Part shown: positions 12,359-27,997 of the stretch, in pieces
Position numbering within the stretch: the stretch's first letter is position 1
Layout of the letters: each line of letters opens with the position of its first letter
The notes under the pieces: generated by a model
Seen by the model: only the letters and a program-made list of their open reading frames with translations
What the model was told of the DNA's origin: nothing
Database searches by the model: none
Position numbers and translations under genes: made by a program
NCBI GenBank assembly: GCA_965112155.1
Contig: OZ218101.1
Reading direction: 5' to 3' (one strand)
Source: Podarcis liolepis
Lineage: Eukaryota
DNA: 64,000 bases

Positions 12359-13132
12359 TTTATTTATTTATTTAAAATAATTTTTATTGAATGATTTTAT
12401 GTTACAAAAAACAATACAGCCATACTACCACTAAATACAATTAAGAAATAAAAATTACGTACATCAATATTTAGTTTGTTATTTGTTATTTACCGTCTTA
12501 TTTCCTCCCAATCATTGCATACAACAGCACCCACACACCCACACCCGCACACAAAATGATAATAATGAAAGTAAATATTTTCCCCCTTTTATCTTCCAAA
12601 ATCTTTTATTCAACTTTGACTTCCTGTCAAGTCCCTTTGCATATATTTTATCTTATATTTGAATGTACACAAACAATAAACCTTTCTATATAATTTTTCT
12701 AATACATTCTGAAAACATAATAAATCCTTAATTGTTGTCTACCTCCTTTTAGTTCCTTTATCACTCGAATGCTAGCACAGAGTCAAAACTATTATTGTAT
12801 TTTTGAACATATCTTCTATAACCATCCTTTTCCCGCAAATTTTTGCTTTGAGTTTCCTCTGAGTTTACTAGTCAATTGAGCCGTCTCCACCAATTCCTGT
12901 AATTTGATTTGCCAATCTATTCTTTTTGGAGCCTCGTGATCTTTCCATCCCTTGGCCACAAGTATACGAGCCGCTGCGGTTGCATACAAGAATACCTCTC
13001 TTAGATTTTTTTGGGATCTCTTTATCTAAAATACTTAATAGAAATGCCTCCGGTTTTTTAGTAAAAGTTACCCCCATTATCTTTTTTAATTCATCATATA
13101 TTTTCCCCCAAAAAATCTTAATCTTTTCACAC
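12359..13132 (-). mobile_element. 5'-truncated L1-clade LINE (ORF2 C-terminus + 3'UTR + (TAAA)n tail)
   Basis: Peptide TCEKIKIFWGKIYDELKKIMGVTFTKKPEAFLL is typical of the non-mammalian L1 ORF2 end. TSD gttggcagaaacattta at 12342 and 13133 (and again at 13154). Confidence 0.8.
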
Positions 13133-13785
13133 GTTGGCAGAAACATTTAAAAGGTTGGCAGAAACATTTAAAAAAGTCATGGGGGGGAACAACTCTTAAG
13201 GTGGAAACAGCCCAAAGAAGACATGCCCAATTGCCATGCTGACAATTGGTCTTTCATGTCACAATCACATCACACCTTTAAAGCACTCTTAGACTACTTT
13301 AGCAGTCGTGACTTCTCCTAAAGAATTATGGGAACCACAGCTTGTTAAGGCCAGTGCCTTTAACAAACTTTGCCTACTTTACCTGCTACCTCCTTCTTGA
13401 AACACCCCTGCTGTAGAACTAGCTGTGAAGCATAGGTGTAGACCATGTAAGCTTTCGTAGATAAATAAAACAAAAACAAAACCTCACAATTCCTGTGGCT
13501 TAACTTTTCTTTGATAGTAGGATTGCCACTTCCTTTATGGGAATAAGGAATGAAGCTTTTCCCAACCAGCACAAGATTACTGCAATAATTACTAGTTGGA
13601 AAGTACAACAAGTGCTTTAGATGCAAGATACTTCAATGGATGTAGTAAGTGGAAAGAGCTATATTTATTAGTGAGTCACCTAATGTAGCCAAACTGACCC
13701 TAATCAAAAATTATAATGGTCTGTATGCCCTATGTATTTTGCTGTTATGGTTACAAGGAACCGACCTGAAGGAACTACTAGATTA

Positions 13786-13935
<150 letters not shown>

Positions 13936-16089
13936 TTAATGAGTTTGGTTGGGTGAATTTGATGGCAAGGCAACCCAGAATGTACAAATTTAAATGCCAC
14001 TCTTTTACTTTGCCTTTTTTCTTTTTCTTTTCATAGCATGGCACAGAAACATGAGGTAAATTGCAGATTGTGTTTTAAAATACTCCCTTTTTTGTTTCTT
14101 TTTAAAAATATTGGAGCTACATTTTCTCATTGCTTATTTCTGTGTGTATTCAAGCCTTGCTTTAGCATACATTAAATATTTCTTTAAAAAATATTTAATC
14201 TGAAACAAGACAGAAATGGCCTTTCTTGGCTTTGGGGGATCCACATTAAGGCAATCTCTTAGACAGCTCATCTTTCTTGGGTTCCTTCACAAATAAGGAT
14301 TCGATTTGCCTCCATCCGTTTATCTGAGATTATGATGAAGATGGTGGTGATGGTGATGATGATGTCATTTGATTCTCTGACATCACCATGATGGCATTTG
14401 CAACACTGCCGATGCGTTTTCAAAACTTGCCTACAGTTTATCACTTAAGTCTATAAAACTGTGGAATCCCACAAGCTTGCTTCCTCAGAGAGGGAACTGC
14501 ATGTTACCGTTTTTGTTGTTCTTGGCAAACCTTTTTATTTCATTCACTGACTGTTGAACACTTTCTGTAAAGAGGTGGAGAAAACAGAGAAACAGAGAGA
14601 CAGTGTGTGATCCAGAAAGTTTTAACCGGGACTTGTCCTATCTGCTGATTGAAGGTTCTTACTGCACAGATGGTGGTTTCCTGCATGGGTATCACATTAT
14701 ACTGAGCATACATGTATATTTCTACAAAAGAAGGTCACAGTTAGCCAACATTTTTTGAAAGCTGTAGCCTTCACAGAATGAGCAGCAAAGGCCATATAGA
14801 AGATCTTAATGTACTATAAGTGGTGCCCCAAGTAAACAAGCAAACAAACATCCTGACCACTAAGCAATTGTCACATCTACATCCAGTGATGATACTGGAA
14901 TGCTTAGTAATAGTTTTTCTAACAGCAGCTTCTGCTGTATTGCAACTTCGTGAAATGCTGAAATGTAAGTAGATACTACCATAATGTTCTTGGCAAAATT
15001 CGCATCCTATTTAAGTGCTGTTGCCTTTTACTTGGGTGCAATCTGTTTGGGGCAAGTCTCCAAGTAACAGAATGGATTGTGCATATTGTAACTTCGTATA
15101 GAATACTGGTGAGGAAAGCGCTTGCATGAGTGACAAGAGAGCCATTTCACGAGGTAGGTCACCTGATCTCATGGAGAGCCTTTGTACACTGGGATAATGC
15201 ATTAAAGAATACTGGCATTGTAATGAAGACTTTCTATGCAACCCAGATGAGACAGGTGGTGAGGGGGTTTCAAATGTCAGGCACCCCGTAGAGTCATTGT
15301 CATGCGGGAGTACGATAGTCATAGCATTTGAATCAGATTTCAGTTAAGAAAATAAAGAGAGCACAGCAGCACACGGGTCTGAAGAAACTGCAGCTCTCAT
15401 AGAGCGCCTGGGATATATAACTGGAGCCACCAGCAAACAGACATTGACATCTTCTTACCTCTTGTGCCACCAACTTAGCATGTCTGCTGAAAGAGTGGTA
15501 GGCAGAATTAGATTGCTAGAGGCATGTTCACAGTCCTTGCTACCCAACCTCAGCATCTGCTTGGTGACCTGGACAGCTAATTCAGTTCCATCTGACCCTA
15601 TAAAACCTCAGCTTTGTTAAATTCTGCTCCCCAATCTAAGCATACTGTTTTTCTGTTGAGGAGACTGCCAGAATGTCTGCTTTCCACCATTTCCCACATT
15701 CTACCTCTGTAACCTGATCTTTTTCCTGATTTGAACTGCAATGTTTGTCGTTCTAGTCCATCTGCACATTAGCTGCCACATCTGGAACCCAATATTATGA
15801 CCGCCTTAAGCTACACTGCTGGCTCTTCCCTTCACCTCCAGCTGCAATGGTGTGACCTTGGATCTCCTATTCCCCTTCTCACATGGAATATGAAGTTGAT
15901 CCAGCAACTTCAAGAGCTGCTGGATCCCAACTTCCATCATCCCTGGCCAATGTCTATAATGGGGCTGATGGTAATTGGATTGCAATCATATCTAGAAGCC
16001 CACCCCTACACTAAACCTAGCACCAATCTAATATTTGTCCTGTAGGCTTGAGTCATTCAGTAAACTTATACTACTACCAATTTATGGTA

Positions 16090-16727
<638 letters not shown>

Positions 16728-17440
16728 TTAATCTTGAATAGGTTATTTCAGTGCAACAGCATGAATGACAAAATCCAATTTACAGAACTCTCATGAAGAA
16801 AATTAAATAAAACCTGCCCAACTATTCTTAGCCTCTCAACAATACTAATTAGCTTATCTTCACAATGTAGAAAGGGGGGTGGAATAGATTTTAATTTTGT
16901 ATTGTAAATACAAATAATTAGGGCCACCAAACACACATTTTGGAAAACCAGAATGTAGATCACAGTGTCTATTAAACATACAAACAAAGTTTTACTGTAG
17001 TCCATTCAGCAATTACTACTGGGTCCTGAATACTGAGCAAAAGCATAAGAAGCCCTCCCAAGTCTCAACAGGAGCTATTTTGAGTGCAGGCTGTATGCTA
17101 CCTGATAAGGCAGTTGGCAGTAACACCTTTTTTTTGCAGTATGATCTTCAGAAGTCAGCCTCTGCAAATAAACTAAGATGGGCATCTCTACCCATTTGTA
17201 CAAGTGCAGCTTTTTCTGAGTATGCACCCAAAAGATGCTTAAAAGTAGAGAGGGTGCACTTTGTAAACTGGTGGTGCTTCACATGCAACATTTTCCTACA
17301 GGAAGCAATATCCCTGCCACTTCTGCAGCATCCATTGCTGTAGCTTTGTTTCCGCCACCAATATTCAGTATACCTTCCTGAACCACTGTATCTGTAGCAA
17401 AGCAAACATTTGCAGCACAGTTTATATATTGAGTCTAGAG

Positions 17441-17577
17441 CAGCTGTTCTCAAACTTTGGTCCTCATATGTTGTTGGAATACAACTCCCATCATCCTTAA
17501 GCTAGTAGGACCAGTGGACAGGGAAGTTAGGAGCTGTAGTCCCAAAAGATCTGGAGACTCAAGGTTGAGAAAGGCTG
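17441..17577. mobile_element. Palindromic ~135-bp hAT MITE
   Basis: 8-bp TSD gtct(a/g)gag; same family as 58986 and 62279. Confidence 0.7.
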
Positions 17578-18594
17578 GTCTGGAGGAAAACTTTTTTTTT
17601 TCTAAACACGAGATTGCTGCTGATTATGAAAAAGTCATTTGTGAAGTTGCTTCAGTTTAAGAAAGGCAGGCTATGCTCATTTTCTCAGTATGTGTACCAC
17701 TTGCACTTTGAAGACAGGAACAAAAACATAATTTTCTTATCCCCCTGCAAATAGCTTCCTGATCCCTGCTGACTGAAAAGTGACTTTATCTCTTGTTGCA
17801 ATCCGGAGGGAGCCAGGGATACCTTAGGCCTTTTAAGTAGGTGAAACTCTGATGTCGCACATTCCGTATCACAGCTGATCCTGCAAATCCTTGACCTGCC
17901 AGTCATTTTCATCCACCTACCTGACTATTTCTCTGTCAGGATCTTCACTCCCAACACCTGTTCCCTCGCAGTCACATTGCTCAGCTTTCTGCTATTGGAG
18001 TTCCCCCCAAAGGCACTTGAGAGATGCTTGTTACTAGCCTTAGATATATGGTTTTCCTCCCCATCTTTCCCTTGCTTCATTACCCTTCCTCTCTTCTTTA
18101 CAGCCCTGAAACCCTTTGCACTATGCTGTCCCTGAGCAGAAGGCAGACTTTTGTCAAAGAAGTACTAGGCATCATCTTCTGCAGCATATTGCAAACATCT
18201 GTCTATACTAAGTGCTACCACAGGTGATCACTTGCAGCTACCTAGCAGTAAAGCTGCCTCTGAGAACTACAGAATGAGAATATGCAGAACAGGGAACATT
18301 AAACAAATGTGCTTTTTTTAAAGAAAAGAAAAACAAAAGAAATTGACTGAATAATTCAAAAGGAGAGATCCCTTGAGAAATGGGGCTCACAGTTGTTTCA
18401 GGCAGGGTTTTTAAAATGTCGTCCCCTTTATTTATTTCTAAAATAGCATTGCACTTCACTCCATAATGACAGATGCATGCTTCAGGAGTCTTGCATATTT
18501 TACTCAGGGTTGGAATTGTGCAAGAAGAGTGACAGCATCCTTCTGTCAAAAGCAGACCAGACCTATACAACTTAATCCTGCACCTGGTCTAGTC

Positions 18595-18630
18595 AGGAGG
18601 AGGAGGAGGAGGAGGAGAAGAAGAAGAGGA
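18595..18630. repeat. (AGG)n(AAG)n microsatellite
   Basis: Direct reading. Confidence 0.9.
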
Positions 18631-19194
18631 ACTTTAGCTAAAAGCCAGAGAACTTCTGAGAAAGAACACAGGGTCTATTATTTGTCAGTAATCACCTGCA
18701 TCACTATCCAAATATGGGTTTCGGTTTTTTAAATTGTGCATATAGGTATATTCTTAGAGCAAGGATTCAGAGAAGATAGCAAATTGACAAATACAAACAC
18801 CTTTATTGGCATTACGAGTTAAAACATTTCAAAACACTAGGATACATTTAAAAGGGACAGGAGTGAGGCTGTTGAGGATCACAAGGTACTTGGTTGTTCT
18901 GCTTCACCCTGTCCATTCCCTAGAGGGGTGATTCATTAAGAACCTTTTCGGGTAAGATGGAGATTAAAAAGGAAGCCACTGGGGCAGTAACGTCCTTGTC
19001 CCTATCTGCTAGGAGGAACCTCATTTGGCAGGTAGCATCTCTCTCTCTCTCTCTAGGCTCATGATAAAATCTTCTGAGTTCAAGATTGAAACAGACAACA
19101 CCTGAAATGGCAGGTAGGTAAATTAAGCTACCAGAGCATAAACACTTCAGTTATGCACCTTATGTGTGAATTTTAAATTGCATATTGTGCAATT

Positions 19195-19557
19195 GGGATG
19201 CGGGTGGCGCTGTGGGTTAAACCTCAGCGCCTAGGACTTGCCGATCGCATGGTCGGCGGTTTGAATCCCCACGGCGGGGTGCGCTCCCGTTGCTCGGTCC
19301 CAGCGCCTGCCAACCTAGCAGTTCGAAAGCACCCCCGGGTACAAGTAGATAAATAGGAACCGCTTACTAGCGGGAAGGTAAACGCCGTTTCCGTGTGCGG
19401 CTCTGGCTCGCCAGAGCAGCTTCGTCACGCTGGCCACGTGACCCGGAAGTGTCTGCGGACAGCGCTGGCTCCCGGCCTCTTAAGTGAGATGAACGCACAA
19501 CCCTAAAGTCTGTCAAGACTGGCCTGTATGGGCAGGGCTACCTTTACCTTTACCTTT
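19195..19557 (+). mobile_element. Sauria SINE, full length
   Basis: Same head and (ACCTTT)n tail; TSD tattgtgcaat at 19183 and 19558. Confidence 0.9.
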
Positions 19558-19559
19558 TA

Positions 19560-19778
<219 letters not shown>

Positions 19779-22582
19779 TCAGCGTACAGATGCATAAGAA
19801 ACTGCGTTTATTAAGTTCAAAGAAAGACAACATGCACACATTTCAAGCTATATGCCTTTCTTCGGGAATATTTTTTTGTTCCCTATAAAACAGGTATTGA
19901 ACTTCAAATAGCATTACTGTATGTGTATATAACTGACTGGTGCAATGACTACTCAGAAGTCCTGTTGAACCCAGAAGGGTTTATTCTTAGGTCAACCGGA
20001 GTTAGGATTGTAGCCTTCACCACTACTTTCAACCCCTGACCACAGAGAGGCGTTCCAGAGAGGGCGCCACTACCGAGAAGGCCCTCTGCCTGGTTCTTTT
20101 ACGTAGTGTATGTGTGGAGGTTTGTGCCAGCATCACTTGGGTAGGTTCTTTTCTATTTGCTTATTTTAAATGGGGATTTTTAGTTGGAGGTTTCCCCTAT
20201 GAAATGCTGGTCAAGTGTTGGTGGCACTGCTTCGGACAATTACTTTTCCTTTTTGATTCTGGCATTGATGTCCTCCAAAGAATGAGTGATTTGGCTGTTG
20301 TGTTAATTACAATGTACCTGTTATTTTAGTGATGTATCGTGTTGAGATACTGTGCCTTTATAACACAGAAATCATGTGAGCCTTTTCCCCACCATTTAAT
20401 CTCCACTGGAGGAGATGCTTCATCTATTTTATTCCTGAGAGCTAGACTGCTGATAAAAGCATATGAGTTTAAAAAAATAAATAAGGTGACAATTCTGATA
20501 GATTTACTGAATCCAATTAATCACTGTCATCCTTAGCATTCAATATAGATCCTTCATGCAGTGTGCCAAACACTTAAAAGTCACATAGTCTGCAACTTTA
20601 TTTTGCCATTTTAAAACCTAGAAAACAAGCAAGACTGTGAGCATTTATCATTTAAAGTAATGAAACTAGATTGGGGAGAACTGGCATAATGGAATACTTC
20701 AGCAAATACGTATGACTTACAACTTGTGTCTCTACTTAGGAGGGAGCCATCTGATATGTGATGATTGTTGGCTGAGATTAACATTCCAGGGTGGTGACTT
20801 CTTTTACATGTCTATGTCCAATTGATCTTAATGAGGATAACATTAGAATGGTGCATAGGTTTAAAACAACTGCTTTTAAGGCCCTTAGCGCTACCGAAAA
20901 TGAAAATCATGAAAACGAACTGCTGAAAATTAAAAGGAATTCATAATATGTTGCATGTTGAACTCTGTATGAACAGCCCTAAAACAGATTGATCAGAAGT
21001 TTAACCATAACAGTTTCTTGCTCTGATTAACCAGTGGTTTTGTATAGTGTCACTGTTTTCATGTCAGACTGGACTACAGCCTAACTTGGTCTCAGAATGC
21101 AACTGTTTCTGGTTATTGCTTCTACTGACCTACAGTAATTTTGCAATTCTGATGGTGGGCATATTGCATTGTTTTTCCCCCAGACTGGTGGCAGGTGAAG
21201 CTGCAGAACAGATGTGTGCCCCAAACAATGGCTCTCAGAATCCAGACCACTGCTGTTCCACTTACCAGGCTAGTGGATAGAGAAAGAGGAAGAGTCATAA
21301 ATGAGTGTGGCTGGCTGGTTGGGTGGGAGAAACAACATTCCCCCCCCCCCCCCAGATCTCAGAAGTAGGAGATATAGTCAAGCTGAGGCTTGTCTTTACT
21401 GCCAGTGGTTCGCCAACCTGCTCCTTCGTCTTCCTATTGGTCCAGCCATCCCATTAGCACTTTTCTTGTCTTTCCTCCTCCCCCTTTTTTCCTCCAGTGC
21501 TCCCACCCCTATTCCTATCTTCATGCATCAAGAATTGCAGTTGGGGGATGTGTGCTTTTAGTCCAGAACTTGAATCTGACACATTGCAATTGTGATATGG
21601 CACACTGCAGAATCCTTGCAAGAAAGAGCCCCCAAGCACTTATGCAGGCGAAGCTCCAGCCACAACTGCCCTGAGCAAAAAGCACCTTAAGTTTGCTACA
21701 GGCCTATGTATGCTAATTTGAGAGTTATGCCCACTGAAACAATAGGAGCTTCTAGGTGAACATGTTAAATTTGTTGTGTGTGTACACACATTTCTTTCCT
21801 GTTTCATACCTGAACACTATATTAGGTTTCCTCTGTCCAAATTGTACTACAATCCACCCACCCCCACCCCCTTGACTGGGCTTCCTTCCAGTTTAGGAGC
21901 CCAAATGGGGACAGGGAACTATTAAAAACTACACAGGGCCATTTGCAAGGGGAAACTGAAGGGCAGAGAAGGGTTAAACACCTCCCACCAACTTTCCCCT
22001 GCAAGTGTCTCTCCACCCCTGCATCATGAGGAGAACATGGGGTAAGTGTAGTTTATTGAATACAATTTAGTTTATTGAATTTATGTGTTGTTTCCCACCA
22101 TCAAATAAGTCTTGAAGCAACTTGCAAAAGAAAAAAAAAACTATAAGAGACATGTCCATTTAAAACAATGCAACATACTAAATGTGTTCACCTACAATAA
22201 TCACTTGCAAGCAACCATACCACCCAGGAATGGTCCCAAAAGAAATAGCTGCTAAAAGCCAGACTGTTATTGTTGGGTAAATGCCAGAAAAATAAATACA
22301 TCTTCTCCTGGTGCTGAAAAGATGACAATGTTAGCAGCAGACAAGCTTTCAGGAGGAGAGTGTCCCATAAGCATAGGACTACCACAGAAAACATCTGTTT
22401 TCCTATTGCCACCCTCTGAACATCTTTGCAGGGAACATACAGAGATTCCCTTCTTCAAATCGAGGTAGATTCATATGGGGAAAGGTCGTCCTCGAGGACT
22501 GGGCTCCCAATCCATGCAATACTTTGAAAAGTCAAAACCAGTACTTTGAATTTGACTTGGAAACAAATTGGCAATTAGTGCA

Positions 22583-22893
22583 GGTAAGGTAAAAAGATAA
22601 AAGATAAAGGACCCCTGGCTGGCTAAGTCTAGTCAAATGCAATTATGGGGTTGCGGCACTCATCTCACACATCTCGCCGAGGGAGCCGGCATTTGTCCAC
22701 AGGCAGCTTTCTGGATCATGTGGCCAGCATGACTAAAATGCTACTAGTACAATGGGACACTGTGACGAGTGCCAGAGCGGACAGAAACACTGTTTACCTT
22801 CCTGCCGCAGCGGTACCTATTTATCTACTTGCACTGGCATGCTTTCGAACTGCTAGGTTGGCAGGAACTGGGACAGAGCAACGGGAGCTCACC
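22583..22893 (-). mobile_element. Sauria SINE, 5'-truncated and diverged
   Basis: Core gtcatgtggccagcatgact...gtacctatttatctacttgca...ctaggttggcagga is shared with the other copies. Confidence 0.8.
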
Positions 22894-23102
22894 ATGACTG
22901 GTGTTTTATGTTGAGATTGCCCCGTCTCTGTCAACAACCTGGCAACTGCGTTCTGTGCTACTTGCATTTTTTTCAATTGCCTTCAAATGCTGTTAACAGA
23001 CCTCAAGCCGCACACACAGATCAGCCAGAGCTTTGGCAGGAGTGCCAGTCTTGCAAGGGGCAGGGCAACCCAGAGTCAATACATCCTAACCAAAACAGGT
23101 CA

Positions 23103-23321
<219 letters not shown>

Positions 23322-24097
23322 TTAGTGAATTTTGAAGTGGTGTGGGAGCCAGAAGGCTGCTGGGAAGTTGGTAGTTGGAGTCCGAGAACTCTGAAGGAGG
23401 GAGGCAGGCCTGTGAAGAGGGATGGGGGAAGACAGGTACACTTGCCCTAGCCCTCAGGGGGCTATGCTGACCAGGGGACCCCCACCAGGGGCACGCCAGA
23501 CTTAAACTGTCATGTCAAGAATGCCCCATACCTCCCAGCCACCCTGGACCTGAGAGAAGCTCTGCACGGCCCTTGTGGGGGGCAACAGGTGGCTCATTGC
23601 TAAGCTGGGAGGAAGATAGTAATTATAATTCTGTATACATACGTATATAGGGTGTGGTAATCCAAAATGAAACACCTTTTAAGTCCTGTTGATGTTAACA
23701 TGAGAGCTAAGGCTGTGACCAAGCCCGTGCAGAGCTTGTCTGAGGCCCTAGTTGGGAGTCTTGTTAGAATAAAGTTATAAACTCAAACAAAAAAAGCAGG
23801 TGGTCCCTTGGAAGGCCAACCTGTGCCCTGCCCCCCGGCCAGCCAAGCCCTCCAAGGCCCAGGGCGAATGTACCTAGCTGCCCCCCCCCCCCCGCTTTGC
23901 ATAAGCCTGTGTGTGACTATATATTTCTGTACCCCACTTATTTGGGAGTAAGTCCCATCAAACTTGGTGGGACTTGCTTCTCAGTAGACATGTTCAGTGT
24001 TCTCCCTTGCTGAATTTCCTAATGAAATCAATTCAATAAAACATTCACTTTCGCTGGATTGTTATATATGTAATATATTTTGAGTGCATTTTTGTTT

Positions 24098-24565
24098 GTC
24101 TCCCGGTATGCCCCACAGAGAGACTCAAGGTCCATTAATAGCAACACCCTAGTGGTCCCAGGCCCTAAGGAAGTTAGATTAGCTTCAACCAGAGCCAGGG
24201 CCTTTTCAACTCTGGCTCCGGCCTGGTGGAACGCTCTGCCTCATGAGACCAGGGCCCTGCAGGATCTGTTTCTTTCTGCAGGGCCAGTAAGACAGAGTTG
24301 TTCCACCTGGCCTTTGGCTTGGAGCCAATTTGATTCCCTTCCCCTCTTTCTTTTTTCTTTTTCTTTTTCCTTTCTCCTCCTGTGATGAGGCTGCATTTTA
24401 ATATTTTAATGTTTCAATATTTTAATGTTGTATTTAAATCTTGTTTTTAAGTTGTATCCATTCAACTTGTTTTTATTATTGCTTGTTAGCCGCCCTGAGC
24501 CCGGTCTTGGCTGGGGAGGGTGGGGTATAAATAAAAATTATTTTATTATTATTATTATTATTATT

Positions 24566-24601
<36 letters not shown>

Positions 24602-24602
24602 G
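24098..24602 (+). mobile_element. L2-clade LINE 3' fragment with (TTA)n(TTG)n tail
   Basis: Encodes VRLASTRARAFSTLAPAWWNALP; 3' end agccgccctgag...ggtataaataaaaattatt followed by a microsatellite tail. Confidence 0.75.
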
Positions 24603-25992
24603 CCCATATTCCATTGAAGTAACTTACAATATTTTGAAAGAATCCTAAAAATCCTAAAAGCTGGAGGTTGCTGATTTGGGATCTCAGAGAGAAGGAAAGC
24701 AACAACTTTTACACCAAGCCTAGAAAGAGCTCCTAGCAGCGAGTTCCCTTTCCCCAAGCACCAACGTCCATTGCTTAGGCCGCAGCAGGGAAGGCAATCA
24801 CATCCCTCCATTATCCAGCTGTATTGCTACCCGGACTATTATTATTATTATCATTATTATTACTACATTAATTGAAGTGAGTTTTATCTTGATATTGTTA
24901 GATGACCTTTTGCAAGCCACCTTGGAGGTGTTTAAAGGGCAGGAATGTGGAAATATAAGTTAAAACAATAATAAAGACATAAAAGCCAGGCTGAATCTAC
25001 ACACATATATCTTAAAAATGCTGTGAAAGTGCTTAAAAAAAAGTTTAAAAATATACAGTATGTGGAATTTGCCATTAGCTCACTAGAGCCATCTAGTGTC
25101 ACATTTGTATAATGCACTTAAAACATTACATTTGCAGCCATATAGCTGAGTCCCCAATCAAAAAACATCAATTAATAAACAGCAGATTAAACAACAACAA
25201 TATAAAGCATCAACAATAAGCAACACCATACAAAAATCCCCCAAAATCCAAATACTCATGTAGGCCGCCTCTTAACACAATATAGCTTCCATCATATAAA
25301 GTTGCAAGATAAGCAAAACATTTTAAAAAAATGTAACAGCAGTATTGAAAACAGTGGTAAGAATCAATAACAATAAAATAATTAGCTGTCTATAGGAAAG
25401 CACTGTCAGTGCCAAGCAGCCCTCTTTGAGGAGGATTTTCCAAAGACCCAGGACCATGACAGAAGAGGCCCTGACTGTCTCCCATCACCACTCACAGTAT
25501 CTCAAAAGGGCAGGCGTCTGAAGCAAGGCCTCTGATGACAACTCAAGTGTCATCAACCTAAGTTCATACTGGAGTAAATAGCCACTCATTGTTATACATA
25601 AAGAAAACAAGCAGCAGAGTTCATTTCCATACCAGAGATACAGAGACAAGGTTTCCAGGCCGGAGAATAAGGTTGCAGGATAACCTGAAACCCTGACCCT
25701 TTTCAAAATTCAGCACTAGGCCTATGAGGCCTTTTTCTCCATAGAAACCGTGGCTGCCAGCCGTTTTTAGGAGTTTGGGATGCCAACTGTGCTGTGTCCA
25801 GCTTGTCAGGCACAGGAACGTGCTTCAGCCCTAGTAGTGGAACTTAGTCCTGGTATTTGCTTATTAGTTTAATGCTTCACACCCGACTGAATGGCTTGGT
25901 GCATGTTAAGCTATGAATAAGATTAAGCTGTTAGAGCCTCATAGTCTGTTGTCACCTCACAAGGGATAGGCAGGGACTAGGTAAAAAGGTGG

Positions 25993-25995
25993 TGG

Positions 25996-26031
<36 letters not shown>
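25993..26031. repeat. (GTT)n microsatellite
   Basis: Direct reading. Confidence 0.9.
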
Positions 26032-26032
<1 letters not shown>

Positions 26033-27053
26033 GATAATATCCCCTAGCCAATGTAACCTTTAATTACATTTTAACAATAGTCTTTTCTATATTTTTAGCT
26101 TGTTTTGTTTTATTATCATATCGTATCGTATTTAAGCCTGGGGCTACACAAAAGGCATCTGGCTGTTGAATTGGTTGCCCCCACCCATTTATATATGTGG
26201 TAGTATGACATGAAGCTGGAAAGAGAGTGGGGGGCAGAGGCTAACTTTTTAAGGGACAAAGCCTCTAAACCCAAGTCTCCCGTAGTCCATGCTTTATAGA
26301 AACAGAAATTACCAACCAAATGTCTGCTAGCCTTCTAGTGGCTATGAATATAGCCATTTCTCACTTCACATGTCTTCACATACATCATTTAAGGAAGCAA
26401 TTCAGAAGACAGCCACCTTTGCGGCACCATTCCTAAAGTCTGGCTTATATGGGTTTAGTTGTTATATATATTATTATATATTATTAGTTGTTATATATAT
26501 TATTAGTTGTTATATATCATGTTATATACCAAAGATCCTACATGGAATCTCAATCAGCTATTGTGATTTTGCTTTGAGAGATACACATACCTTCTCAAAA
26601 CACTTTCTGAGGTTTCTATTCAATCTATGCATGAATGAGAGCAGTGTGCTTGTAACTGCTTCACTACCACACTACTATTCATTCATGGAACGGGGCCAGA
26701 GGGGGAAAAGTGAGCTAAAACTGCCAAGTATTTTTCTTTTCTCTTCCAGCAATTGCCATGAGAAGGACATAGTGGGGAGAGAGGCATCAGCACTGTCAAA
26801 CGAGGTTGATTGCAGAGAGACAAAAATAATCATCGTATTGCATTACAATGTTTATGCCATGATGTTGCATCAATATATGATGCTGGTGTTGAGTGGTTCT
26901 ATATTCCAGTGATATAGTGTCACATCAACACAGTGCTGGGCCTGGAATCTGCACTTTCCTTGTGAGGCCATGTGCAGCCAGTGAAGAAGACGTACAATGC
27001 CTCTTCTAAATGGTTAGTACTAAAGGCTGGAAAGTGATATCTCTGCAGAATGC

Positions 27054-27870
27054 TAATAATAATAATAATAATAATTTATTTATACCCCGCCCATCTGGCT
27101 GAGTCTCCCCAGCCACTCTGGGCGGCTCCCAATCAAGTGTTAAAAACAGTACAGTGTTAAATATTAAAAACTTCCCTGAACATGGCTGCCTTAAGATGTG
27201 TTTTAAAGATAGGATAGCTGCTTATTTCCTTCACATCTGAAGGGAGGGCGTTCCACAGGGTGGGTGCCACTACCGAGAAGGCCCTCTGTCTGGTTCCCTG
27301 AAACCTCACTTCTCGCAATGAGGGAACCGCCAGAAGGCCCTCGGTGCTGGATCTCAGTGTCCGGGCTGAATGATGGGGGTGGAGACGCTCCTTCAGGTAT
27401 ACAGGACCGAGGTCGTTTAGGGCTTTAAAGGTCAGCACCAACACTTTGAATTGTGCTCGGAAACGTACTGGGAGCCAATGCAGATCTCTCAGAACCGGTG
27501 TTATATGGTCCCAGCAGCCGCTCCCAGTCACCAGTCTAGCTGCCGCATTCTGGATTAATTGCAGTTTCCGGGTCACCTGCAATGGTAGCCCCACGTAGAG
27601 TGCATTGCAGTAGTCCAAGCGGGAGATAACTAGAGCATGCACCACTCTGGCGAGACAGTCCGCAGGCGGTAGGGTCTTAGCCTGCGTACCAGGTGGAGCT
27701 GGTAGACAGCTGCCCTGGACACAGAATTAACCTGCGCCTCCATGGACAGCTGTGAGTCCAAAATGACTCCCAGGCTGCGCACCTGGTCCTTCAAGGGCAC
27801 AGTTACCCCATTCAGGACCAGGGAATCCCCCCACACCCACCCACCCCCTGTACCCCCAAAAACAGTACTT
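27054..27870 (-). mobile_element. L2-clade LINE, 5'-truncated (RT C-terminal region, one frameshift)
   Basis: ORFs 27630..27836 and 27157..27645 give VRSLGVILDSQLSM...[19 protein letters not shown]...LHWLPV...APTLWNALP; (TTA)n tail. Confidence 0.9.
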
Positions 27871-27997
27871 GCATTTGAAGCCTAAATAATACAATAACTA
27901 CCACAGTGAAGTTGCGTCTCGGCCCATACTCTGAGAGTCATCACATATACCTTGTTTTGCTCCCCAGGCAATTTGGTTTAAATAGATTACTTTACAT

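Noticed and set aside
15089-15106. loxP-like string TAACTTCGTATAGAATAC (17/18 match to one loxP arm plus part of the spacer)
   Set aside because: The second inverted arm (TATACGAAGTTAT) is missing and there is no vector context; treated as a chance half-site.
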